Shown here piece after piece: positions 1 to 10,481 of a stretch of DNA of 64,000 nucleotides. Numbering within the stretch: the stretch's first letter is position 1; each line of letters opens with the position of its first letter. The position numbers were made by a program, and so were the translations under genes. The DNA lies in the NCBI GenBank assembly GCA_905178155.1, contig CAJINV010000028.1, forward strand, positions 261,746 through 325,745, written 5' to 3'. Below the pieces are notes generated by a model that saw nothing but the letters and a program-made list of their open reading frames with translations, ran no database searches and was not told where the DNA came from. Source of the stretch: Amoebophrya sp. A120 (lineage: Eukaryota; Protista; Dinoflagellata).

Positions 1-305
1 TCACAATTATTATAGCCACACAATTAAGTCAGGGAAATTCAGTTTATTTTGTCGTGTTAAAGCCGCGGCGAAGCGGATATTTTTTCTTGATTCACATGTA
101 TATTTTCATTCCGTCGTGAGCAGAAAACCGAAAGCGATAGCTCTTTTGGTGGTTCACTATGTTTACTTCAAATCAATGTCTACTTCTAGTTCATCTACTT
201 AGCAGCACTCTGTTAGTAGAAATCAGATAAGCGTACGTAAATCTCCGCACATCAGAAGTAGTCAAGTGGTACTTACTACCGGTGGCTGCGTGGGTCAAAA
301 AAAAT

Positions 306-1373
306 TCACAGCCAAGAAAAGATCAGGTCCGCGTTTTCCTTCAGTTTGTTGTAGCAGGCGCGGTTCAGCGAAATGCCCTTTTTTCCCGGTCTTTTCTCGT
401 GTTCCCCGGCCTTGTCGGTGCCGTCGTAGAACTCCCGTAGATCGACGAGCTTGTTGCCCTTGAAGATGTTGTAGGTAACGCGCTTGGCGCCCCCGAGCTC
501 GCGGAATTTCCCAGCGGTCTCGTTGGTTTCGAGCCAGTCGTCGATATCCGGAAAGAACTCCATCAGCTTCTCAAAGTCCCGTTTGTTCAGGGTGAGTCCC
601 TTCCTACCCGGTTTCATTTCCCCGGTGCTGCTATCCAGGTAGTACTCGCGCACGTTGATGAACACCCGGTTTTTGTACTGCGAAAACGAGGCTCGTTTGC
701 CATTACCCAGCTCCACAACCTTGTTTTCATTTTCTGCGGGGGCCTGCTCTTCGGGTTGTTGTAGTTCATCCCCAAACGCGGCGGCGGCGGCGGCACCTGC
801 AAGAAGTTGTACATCTGGCAGCTCCACGAGCTTATTTTCATGCTCGTCCTTGTCCTCTTTAAACAACGCATCTAGCTCCGCGTCCAGCTGATCATAAACA
901 GGACCACCTCCGGCGGCAGCAGCACCTGCAAATGAGATGAAGTGAGTAGATTGATTGATTGTATATTTTCACTTCTTGTTTCCGAACAATCATGAGTGAA
1001 AGTTGCCTTGCACAACAAAAGAAGCTCACCCGCCGTCGTTATATTTTTTTGCGCGAAAGCACAAGCAGGACGTGGCAGATCTCGAAGCATGAACGATCAG
1101 AACAATTTTAGCGCCATGAATACAACAGCCGGACATGACCACGACACTTCTCTTATAGAGGACTCGTAAAAAATGCTTAGTACCATTGCCATGGCTCTCC
1201 CCGGCTGCGCCAGCTTCTTCCGCATTTTTAGGCCCATTTTTCACCTTCACGGGAAGGTCTTCTTCCGGAAGTAGCTGCTGTTCCATTTTCACCGCAACAG
1301 GGGCTGCCTTTTCTGCCCCGGCGTCGTCCTCCGGAAGCTGTTCAATTTTGACTTTCTTGCGTCGAGGCGCCAT
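306..1373 (-). CDS. PC4/Sub1-like ssDNA-binding transcriptional coactivator with two tandem PC4 domains; 2 exons (1373-1184, 925-306), ~269 aa
   Basis: Two PC4 motifs (ELGNGKRASFSQYKNRVFINVREYY..MKPGRKGLTL and ELGGAKRVTYNIFKGNKLVDLREFY..RPGKKGISL). A GT-AG intron joins the MAPRRKK exon in frame; spliced length 810 nt. Confidence 0.9.
926..1183 (-). other. Canonical GT-AG spliceosomal intron (258 nt)
   Basis: Donor G|GTACTA, acceptor CTCATTTGCAG|G; removal keeps the frame; no TIR. Confidence 0.8.
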
Positions 1374-3506
1374 CTTGCAGGGGGATAACTGACCTTTCCT
1401 TTATCACGGTCTCTGCTGGTGGTCCACGAGTGGGAAAAACTATGATGTATGTACTCGTGAAATAACAAACTCTCAAAAATTGCTCACTTGAGCTTTCCTT
1501 GTGCTGTTCTAAGAAGAGGCGGTCGGGAAAAATGACAGTGGCGTCATCGATAAATAAGTTTGTAAGTGTACTAACACGCAGTGTGCGCACAAGGATTTAC
1601 GAACAAAAAATTTGGTGGCTTCTTCCTAAAAGTTGATATCTTCGATAAACTTTCCTGCTGGTTGTAGGCAAAAAAAAAGGCATCAAAGAAAACCAAAAAC
1701 ATATGAGTAAACACGAAACACATCTCTATGGATCGAAATCGGGAAAAAAATCGAAATACCGCTATACATCTATTGTACTGACCTCAAAAAAGGATGATCC
1801 GGATCTTGAGGAACGACCAAAACCGCGAAACTGATCCAGTAGCAAGATCCGTTTGAATTTTCACCTTTCGCAGACTCGATGCTAAAGAGCTCTTCGTCGG
1901 GATAAATGCAAGCGGCCTCGTCTTCTACACATTGGCGCTGGCATGGAAGTGGGAACGGCAGAAGGTCCTGCTCAAGGAAAAATGTATTTTGAGGTACTTC
2001 TACTTGTCGGTATGTACCACGATGCGATGAAGACATTTTCTGCAGAGCTGCGTCGCGGAGTATTGGTCTCCAAATCGCGGACAGCATTCACTTAAAAGCC
2101 AGCTGAAATACAAAATCCATCGGTGAGAAAAAAATGATACTCACAATTCGATGCTTTTTCGCATCAATCGCACTACTTGTAGTTTGCTCTAGTTATAAGT
2201 GTCACAGACATCATCTCTTCGGTTGGTATTGTCGCAAGTTTTGACGGGCATACTCTTTGCGAATCTCCCGTTCCTGCAAGTCCTTTTTATGCATTGTAAA
2301 TGCCCCTGCGACGTCTGGAAGAATGCAAACTTACGAGCCTCAATTAGGACCATAGGGACTACGATCTAGCACACAAACGAGCAGAAAATCTTTATCTTGC
2401 GCAATTTTTGTTCCAATCTACAACAATACACCGAGTTTGTGATGCGGAATCATAACTTTGAAAACCATTGATCTTGCTGCTGTGAGTGTGGCAGACGTCT
2501 TTCTCTTTTTACAATTATAGACAGAGGTCCATCTGTCACTGTCTCTGTCTGTCATGGACACGGTGAACTACAGACGATAGATTTACGTTTACCTTGGTCT
2601 GGTCCTTCTAAATACACAATTTGCACGACGCCTTCTGTATTCTCCCAGACGAGCCAGACTTTTTTGCAGTTGACACCTCGCGCGACGTTGCTCTTTATAC
2701 GTTGTTTTGCATCTGCGTTGCGTTTTGACCACCTTCAGATGGCCCACCTTGGACGGAGACGATTCAGGCTTGACGGCGTACTACATCATGCGCAAAAATG
2801 CACGAGCCAATGCCAGATTAGAGTTCCTGCTGGTGACTTTGTTTTTGAATCAGTCCCTGTGCTGGCGATTGTGAGATGCTATTGACCACTACGCTAGACA
2901 TGGAAGGACGAATACTGTGCACATTTTGCAATCATGCGCATGCTATAGAATTCTACAAAATTAGAAAAATAATTTCTGTGCGATCGAAACGAGGAACTAC
3001 TTGCAGCTGCCTAATCAGAAAAATTGCGTCATATTACTAGTGCCAGCAGCAATACATACAAAGTGCTGATAAGATGATGAGATCATGCGGCTCGCAGAGT
3101 CGTCGAAATGGAAGACGCGCACATTTTCAGTATGGTAATTGTCAGCCGTAGCGGTTGCCTGTCTGAAGGTTTCATGCCGTGTAGTCGCTGTTCCACTTGG
3201 TCAACATGTGACGAGGATACGGAGGCCGACGCGAAAAAAACAGCGTTCTTGCCCATCTGCTCAACAGACGAAGCCTTCTTGTTCGGCTTTTCGTTCCCCC
3301 ATGACAGGCTTTCCGCAATGGCGTCCGTGACGAAGTGGTATTGTACGCACCTGCGGAATAGCAATGGAGGCACGGCACCGAGGTCTGGCGAAAGGTCGCC
3401 AATTTTTCCGCGAATCACTTTACGCACGGTATAGAAAGAGCAATGTCTGACCACCAAAACCAAAATCTGACGTGCTGGCAGGACATGATACAGCTGTATT
3501 ACATGT

Positions 3507-4070
3507 TCATCTGAAAGAACAAAACTGGAGAGTCACATAACAAAAGGTTTTTTGCGTCCATTGCCACAGGCTACTTTCAGTACTCATGAAAACGCATGCC
3601 CAACCACTTGGCGGATGTTTCTGTTTCTCGGCAGAAGTGCAGTATGATCTCTTTCGATAGGCCGCTTCCAGTAGATCGTTGGTGCTTGTTATCCTGCTCG
3701 GAAACCTTTTGAGAATTTGCAGCGACAGTGGCAGTGCGTTCTTCCCATCGACGCCGTGTTCGTCCACCGAGTCGCGTTTTTTGTACTCCTGCGCAGCCAG
3801 CTTTAGCAGCGGTGTCAGAACCGAAGTCTGGAAGGTTTTCCGCTCTGCCACCTGGGACGTCGTGGTTTTCGGCCCCTGGATCTGAACTTGAAAATGTGCC
3901 TCGAGGAAAATGATCCACAGCGGTATCACGGGTAACTGCAGCAGAGCTTCTTTTACGGCGGGGTCGTCGATTCGCCAGCGGCTGGCGGGAACCTCTGCAA
4001 ATGCGTTCCGCAGCAGCAGGTTGGCGTAAAAGTCGTTCGATCGCACCACCTCCTGCGGAAGTCGATTCAA
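3507..4070 (-). CDS. Hypothetical protein exon, boundaries uncertain
   Basis: 187-codon ORF with protein-like composition on the same strand as neighbouring genes; no recognised domain. Confidence 0.4.
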   Translation of the reverse strand: MNRLPQEVVRSNDFYANLLLRNAFAEVPASRWRIDDPAVKEALLQLPVIPLWIIFLEAHFQVQIQGPKTTTSQVAERKTFQTSVLTPLLKLAAQEYKKRDSVDEHGVDGKNALPLSLQILKRFPSRITSTNDLLEAAYRKRSYCTSAEKQKHPPSGWACVFMSTESSLWQWTQKTFCYVTLQFCSFR

Positions 4071-5884
4071 CGTTTTGCGAGCCTCCTTGTAGTCCTCGCT
4101 GATCTGCTCGAGGTCCTCCTTTGTGTGGTGCTGTCCGGCCCGGTTTTGGGGATAATATCAGGTGGAAATGTACCTAGGTCTACTGAAAAACAAAAAACGT
4201 GTATAGCAAAGCAGGCAAGCAAGTGTGATCTTTGTTGAGTCCTTGGATTTATAAATGTTGATGCTCTTGCTCGCACTTCTCACGACACATTACTTGCTTC
4301 GATCTACTTTTCTTGCAGATGTTCTACTTGTCTAGAAGCACGAGGGGACAATTAGACGCCGGATGTTTAAGTACGACAGAGGCCGGGACCCAGCGAAACA
4401 AAGATCTCAGACGGAGGACACCTATCTCTACAGATCTAGCAACTCAAGACCCAGCCACATATTGTGGGGCGTAGCTGCCAGTGGATCGCGACATTTGGGA
4501 TTCGCCGCGTTTCGCGAATACTTTCGGCGCCGGAATCATCATCTGCGTCAATTCTCCAGCACAGCAGCTTCGCGACGAACTGCAACACAAGCGCGACAAA
4601 CTCCGTCTTTGAAGAAATAAGTGCGGGGTAGCGGGCCGAGGGTGCGGCGCAGCGGGCAGAAGTCAAAAGCGCCATACTGTTCTAGTACTTGATGTGGGAT
4701 ACAGTACTAGTACGTGTAGATGTGCTAAGTAAAGAAGAAAGTTCAGAGAAAAAGCAGAAAAAGCAAACAAGTTCTAGTTCCTTCTGATTTTTCAACTAAT
4801 CCAACTACTTAAATCCACAGCACCAATCCAATATCAAATCGCATGTGTTTCCATGTTTGTATCACGATGTCAAGATCAAGAATGAAACAACCATGGACAA
4901 GTTGAAACTGTAAAGTGACATACGTACTTTCGTACACTCACTCACTCAAGTGTCGTCGATCGTGCTAGACTGTCAAAGCGAGTTTGGGCTCAACAACTTC
5001 AACTGATTCAGGTTCATTCTGCTCCTCCTCAAGTCTTTCTGGTGGAGACAATAGCACTGTTGCTGGCACTGTGTTCACAACAACCCCTCATCGGTCAAGA
5101 GCTTGTTTTTTCTCGCGTCATGGTCTTAGCGAGTTGGATCATATCAGATCTTCTTTACGACTAGTCGCATCAATTGCATTTGTCGCTAGAGCGTCGTCTT
5201 TGTCTGCTATCGCGAGATCGAGATTACTAGACAGACCCTAGAACCGGAAAACCGAACCTCTGAGGCTGAATCATGTACACGGGCAGTTTTGACTGAAGGG
5301 TTTGGGAAAATAAAATCATGAAGATGAGCAGTTTATTTCCCCAGAAGAACATAGTACTCGGGAGGTCAAGATCGAGATCATAAAGAGCAGCAGGCACAAT
5401 AAAGAAGATCTTTTATACTTTCATAGAGTTTCACTCTCACATGTGCACTTGCACTGTCGATTTTTCGGTCGAAAGGCTCGCGCATTTGCGTTACTCCTGA
5501 TTCGTACAGATGATGCCGCCTGCTGCGCTTTTTTTCTCAGGGGTCTCCCGAAATCTTTTTCAGGTACAGCTGCGCGAACAAACCAAAGCCTGGGCGTAGA
5601 GCAAAATCTAAATCAAAATCTTAGACCAAGTTCAAATCTTCTGCGGGGAGCTGCAGTAAATCTACGCGCTGCCATCTCACACAATGATGCTCGGAACTCA
5701 GCTAAGTACGAAACCGAAGCCGCAAGTCCAATGTAGCGATCGACTTCGGAATAAATCTGTAGGATCTGCTTCAGTGCGAGTCTGACTGTGCCCCCGGTTA
5801 GGTACCCGGATGACATCAGAAAAAAAACGAAGAAAAATGCGCTGCAGTCACTGTTGTATTTGTAGTAGCCACAAGTTTGCCGGT

Positions 5885-8800
5885 CTACTTGCCCGGGACG
5901 TCCCTCCGCCACTTGGTGGTCGGCCAATCAGCCTCAAAGCTCTCGTATCCGTCCGCCTTCATCTTCTCCCTGTGGTCGGCGCGCGCTTTCTCTGCGCCCT
6001 CCCCGCGAAGATAGAAGCTGCGCGCTGGTTTTTTTTTCCCTTTGACCGGCGCGGAATATTTGCGGCATTCGCACCACCTGAAGCAAAGAACGTGCGCAGT
6101 GGGCGGCTTGGCCAGCGGCGTGAGCATCTGTAGCCGAGAGCCCCAAGGTGAGTGCCGGAGCAACGTTAAAAAAAAAGCAGTGCGCCGCCGGCTCACCCGC
6201 AGCTCCTTGGGTGTGTTCCCCTGGTCATGCGACTCGAGCGGCCGGAAAAATTTCGTGCGCTGGTCTGCTTTCTCTCCAGAGCGGCCTGGCGGTGCGACGG
6301 CCGGGGCGGTACGAGAGAGCGGCGATCCCCAAAATTCTTCCAAGATCATGTTCAAGGCGGCGGCGGGGCCGTTGCCGGTGCTCCATACCTGGCGGTAGGT
6401 CTTCGCCGCGACTTCCTGCAACTGCTTCACTCGGTCCGCCCCCTCCTCCTCCACGACGAATACCTCCGGGCGATTGACCAGGAGCCGCAGGCCGAAAGAC
6501 ACACCGAACGAGGCGTCGTCTCCGAAGTACTCGGCAAGCTTCCTCGGTATCCAGTGCAAACGCGTCTGGGCATGGAATGATGCAGGGCTCCTAAGTGCTA
6601 TGGGCACTCGTCTACAGAAACTTCAGCTGAAAAGAAAATGCAAAATCTTTCACGTGCGTTGCAGCTCAAGGCCGCTCGCAGCTTGTCACGCAACGAATAG
6701 AAAATCATGTGTAGCAACTACGCGGCCAAGTAAAACTTGCGGGGGCGCCGCCCCGTTTTTGCGTTTGACTTTGCCCGCCATGGCCCTCATCTAATAGCTG
6801 GCCAACATTCCCCGGCCCCGGCCCGGACGCGTTTGCATTTCGTAGGCGGCGACGGCAGTGGTGCGCCATTCGGAAAATACTCCAGCGCCCAGCTCCGTTC
6901 AAAATCTTCAAGCTCCCGCGCTTCGACGTCTGCGCGCTTTTGCTCGACGGTCTGCTTCTTCGAGCGCGGAACTACTGAGCGGAAGTAGGCATATCCACTG
7001 CAAACGTGTCTGGGTCTAGAAACTTGTCATGACCAATACAGAGTACTCAGCACACGGCGCCCGTCCTGATTAAAGCCAAGCATGACAAAATCTGAAGGCG
7101 CTGCCTGATGCCGCTGCGTAGTGCGCATGGCATTCGCGGGCCCTGTGCTTTGCATGACAGCAACGGGCTCGGTTTTCCTTTTGTTGGTCAGCATGCAGCA
7201 TAGAGCAATTTACACAGGAAAGAAGCAGGAAACTGCCAGCGACCCGAGGCCCGGGCACATTTGCAATGCGTAAGACTCTCAGCCAAGCAATCCGCTCCGC
7301 GGTGGTTGCTTCTTTGCTGGCCTTGAGAAGTGCTTGCGCACTGCGGTGATCAAGGTCAGTGTCGAAGCGGCAACCCCGCCGCTCCTTCACAGCAGGGCAC
7401 CAAAACTTTTCCCGCTTTCCGGTCGCCGGGTCGTCCAATTCGCACCGCGCGCCCTTCTCGGGGCCATAGTCCCGATCGTACAGGCAAACGTAGAGCCTTT
7501 CAAACTCTCGGCATCGCTTGTTGCTCGAGTGGTCTCGGAAAGCCTTCTGCACGGCAGTGGCCTCATCACGGCACTGGTGGCATAGCAGCAGCTCCTCCGC
7601 CGGCAACCAGTGGAAGCATGGGGAAAGACTCGCCGCAGCCGGCACACGGTCCGCCTCAAGCACGCCGGCCTCACCGCCACCCGCCCAATCCCGGGCCGCC
7701 TCCCTTCCCACCACGTCCGGCATGCGCTCCGTCGCGCCTTCTACGAAGCAGAGGCAACAACGCCCCACATGGTCCGCGCGCTCCCAATGGTTTGCCCATC
7801 GCTTTCCCCTCTTCATTGACGAATCTCGACGCTTGGAGGCAGAAGACGGGCGAGCCAGCGCGCTGCTGGCCCGTGCCTGAGAGGGGTCCGCCACAATTGT
7901 TGCACGCGGGCCACCAGCAACGACAACGCTTCGGCTCCGGTTGCAATTCGTGGAGTTCGCACTTGCGGCCGGTAGTCTCATGGTCTGTACATCCGGCGCC
8001 GGGACCTTCTGTAGCTCCTCCTGTTTTTGGTCTGCTGCGGCTGATGTTCTACGTCCCGACCTGGTACCCGCAACTGCAACAGATGAGCTCCCGCTCTTGG
8101 TCTTGCCCACGGCAACTTAGATATGGACTGCAAATGTGTCTCAGTCTGGAAAGATTCAAGCTTCTCATACTTGGCTGACAGGGAAGAGAAACCTGTCATG
8201 CCAACTGCACTACAGCCTCTTCTCTTCGTCTACAATCATGCAATTTGTCACGCGGGTTTTTTTTACAGAAGATTTAGCAGGCGATACCTTTGTCATGCGT
8301 GCCTCCGTCTGTTGTAAATGTGATAGACACAGATCGTCATCCACCGATCAGCATGATAAGTCCACTCCAGACCCAGACACCAATTTCCAGTTGATAGACC
8401 GCAACGCCAGCACTGGCTTTAGAAGAAGACTGCTTTTTATTCACTGCACCTAGGTCCTTCGAAAACTTGGAAGAAGAAGATCCAGCTGCAGCTCCTTCTC
8501 CAGAACCAACTGACAATTGCTGCAACTCCTTCTCCAGAAAGTCCTCCAAGTCCGACTGCAGTTGCGATTTTCTCGCCGCTTTAGAATTCAACTTAGAGGT
8601 CAAAGCCTCCATGCGGTTGTCGTCTTTCTTTTTCACCGTTCCCGGTCTCGCGTTGCTGCAGGAGCTCGTGATAATACCCCCCTGACTCATTCTACTGGGT
8701 GCTCGTTTCATCGCTGGGGTTTTGGAAGAGCTTGACTTCGAGTGTAATATCTCCGGTTGTTGCTCTACTTCTTCTTGCAGCAGAAGTTCATGCTCATTAT

Positions 8801-10305
8801 TCGCCTGCTTTTTACTACTCTTCTTCGCCGATTGCTTCCTCACCATTCCGCTCGCTCCATCCGCGGCAGAAGGGATACTAGAGCCTCTTGGTTCTGCTAC
8901 CGAACCGGTCCGCTTTTTCGCCACGGTGGAGCTAGCGTCAGACTTTGCAGTTTTTGTTCCGGCAGCAGATGCCTCTGCCTCAAGGACTCTCTTGACGGAG
9001 GATTTCGATTTCGATTTCGCTTGCTTCATGTCAGCATCCTGTTTCTGGCGTTTCTGTTCGGCGATAGACATCTGCTTCTCACTGCGCTCTTGTTCCGCCA
9101 CGGCTTTGCTCGCGGCTTTCGAGTTGCTGTAGGTCATTTTTCGTTTCATCACTGTGCTTGAAGAGGTCGCTTTTAGTTTACCAGCGGGCTGCGCGTCTTC
9201 TGTGTCGACGTCGAGCGTGTAGTAGTTTTCGTTGGCCTTGACAGCTGACGTCTTGTTCGCGGCAAAAGTACTAGCCTCGTCCTCGACTTTTGCCTTGTTG
9301 GAGGCTGTCGTCCTCCGCTTTTTTGCGACCGGGTTAGCAAGAGCATCGGAGTTTGCTTTTTCCTGCTTCGGATTGCAGCTCTTTTCGGTTCTAACAGACG
9401 CGTCCAGGATGATCTTCTTCGTGTTGGTAGATTTCGGTTTGGATTTCGCGCTGGATTTTACGTCAGATGAATCCTGCTTCTGTTCTTGCGCGACAGACAT
9501 CACCCGCCCACTGCGAGCTTGTTCAAGAACTCCAGCCTTGTTCGTATCCTGAGTAAAAACGTACCCACCCCATAGTTGTAATGCAAATCTGCATGCTGAA
9601 AATGTTTCTCATGCGGAGCCCCATGAGAAGCATTTCATAGTCGTGTTTTGCAATTTGTCATGCTCCAATCAGCATGGTATGCTAGATCTGTGATGCTCCT
9701 GAGCTAGCTCAAACAGCACTACAATACGAGTCCAAATTTGTCATGCAAAACAGCCAAAACTTGTGGATTTGTGTAGCCGATTCCCCATCTTGACTATGGT
9801 GTGGGTACGTTTTTACTCAGGATAGTTCGCTTTCGCACTGCTGGTCGTTCTCCGTTTCGTCACTTCGCTATCACCTGCAAAAATGTCTGGGTCTGGAAGA
9901 ATGAAAGTTTCAGTTTGTCATGCTTGTCTGGCATGACTCGAGAATCTGTGCTGCATAGGCACGACAAGGCCCTCTTGGTTGTCATGCCAAAACGCAGTTT
10001 GCCATGCGGAATATATAAGACATGGCAGCCAACACATTTGTCATGCGTAGCTGCGTACTGCAATGCGTTTTTCATTCACTTTTAGCATTACAAGTTTCCA
10101 GACCCAGACATTTTTGCATTTGATATTCGCCCGAGGAAGGCAAATCTTCTTTCACCGTGCTCTTGCGCTTCAAGTTCAACTTGGAAGAAGCTTCCAGCGC
10201 GGCCGGCTTCGCGCCACTAACCTCGTACTTGTCCTTGGCGATTCCCTTGCTGGAGGTGCCTGACTCCTTCCCAGTGGCCTGGTAGTATTTGAAGAATTTG
10301 GACAT
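5885..10305 (-). CDS. Lys/Ser/Ala-rich low-complexity protein with a Cys-containing C-terminal region (paralog 1, MSKFFKYYQ...), ~1001 aa, 5 element introns
   Basis: Removing the elements at 9869, 9545, 8122, 6992 and 6548 (+5 nt each) gives 3006 nt in frame. The 8122 junction is the least certain; the gene could stop there. Confidence 0.65.
6548..6844. mobile_element. TIR intronic element, family A, decayed
   Basis: TATCCAGTGCAAACGCGTC...GACGCGTTTGCATTTCGTA; flanks CTCGG/GGCGG; frame restored. Confidence 0.75.
6992..7272. mobile_element. TIR intronic element, family A, decayed
   Basis: TATCCACTGCAAACGTGTCTGGG...GGCACATTTGCAATGCGTA; flanks AGGCA/AGACT; frame restored. Confidence 0.75.
8122..8396. 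mobile_element. TIR intronic element, family A, TSD lost
   Basis: TATGGACTGCAAATGTGTCTCAGTCTGGA...TCCAGACCCAGACACCAATTTCCAGTTGATA. Confidence 0.75.
9545..9824. mobile_element. TIR intronic element, family B
   Basis: TATCCTGAGTAAAAACGTACCCAC...GTGGGTACGTTTTTACTCAGGATA; TSD GTTCG. Confidence 0.95.
9869..10125. mobile_element. TIR intronic element, family A
   Basis: TATCACCTGCAAAAATGTCTGGGTCTGGAA...TTCCAGACCCAGACATTTTTGCATTTGATA; TSD TTCGC. Confidence 0.95.
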
Positions 10306-10481
10306 GGAACATATTTTTTTAGTAGAACAAGTAAAAATATAACCCTGATGTCTGTCGTGTGGTAAAAGCTACAACTACATAACGCCGCGGGCGGAAGTTC
10401 AGCTTTCGCTTCAGAAAGAAAAGCAAAAGAATCAATCTGGTATAATTCCCATGAGCTGCTCGTGCTCGTAACAAAATTGTT

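Noticed and set aside
2288-2675. Possible very old family A element
   Set aside because: The TIRs are fragmentary, there is no TSD and the frame could not be verified.
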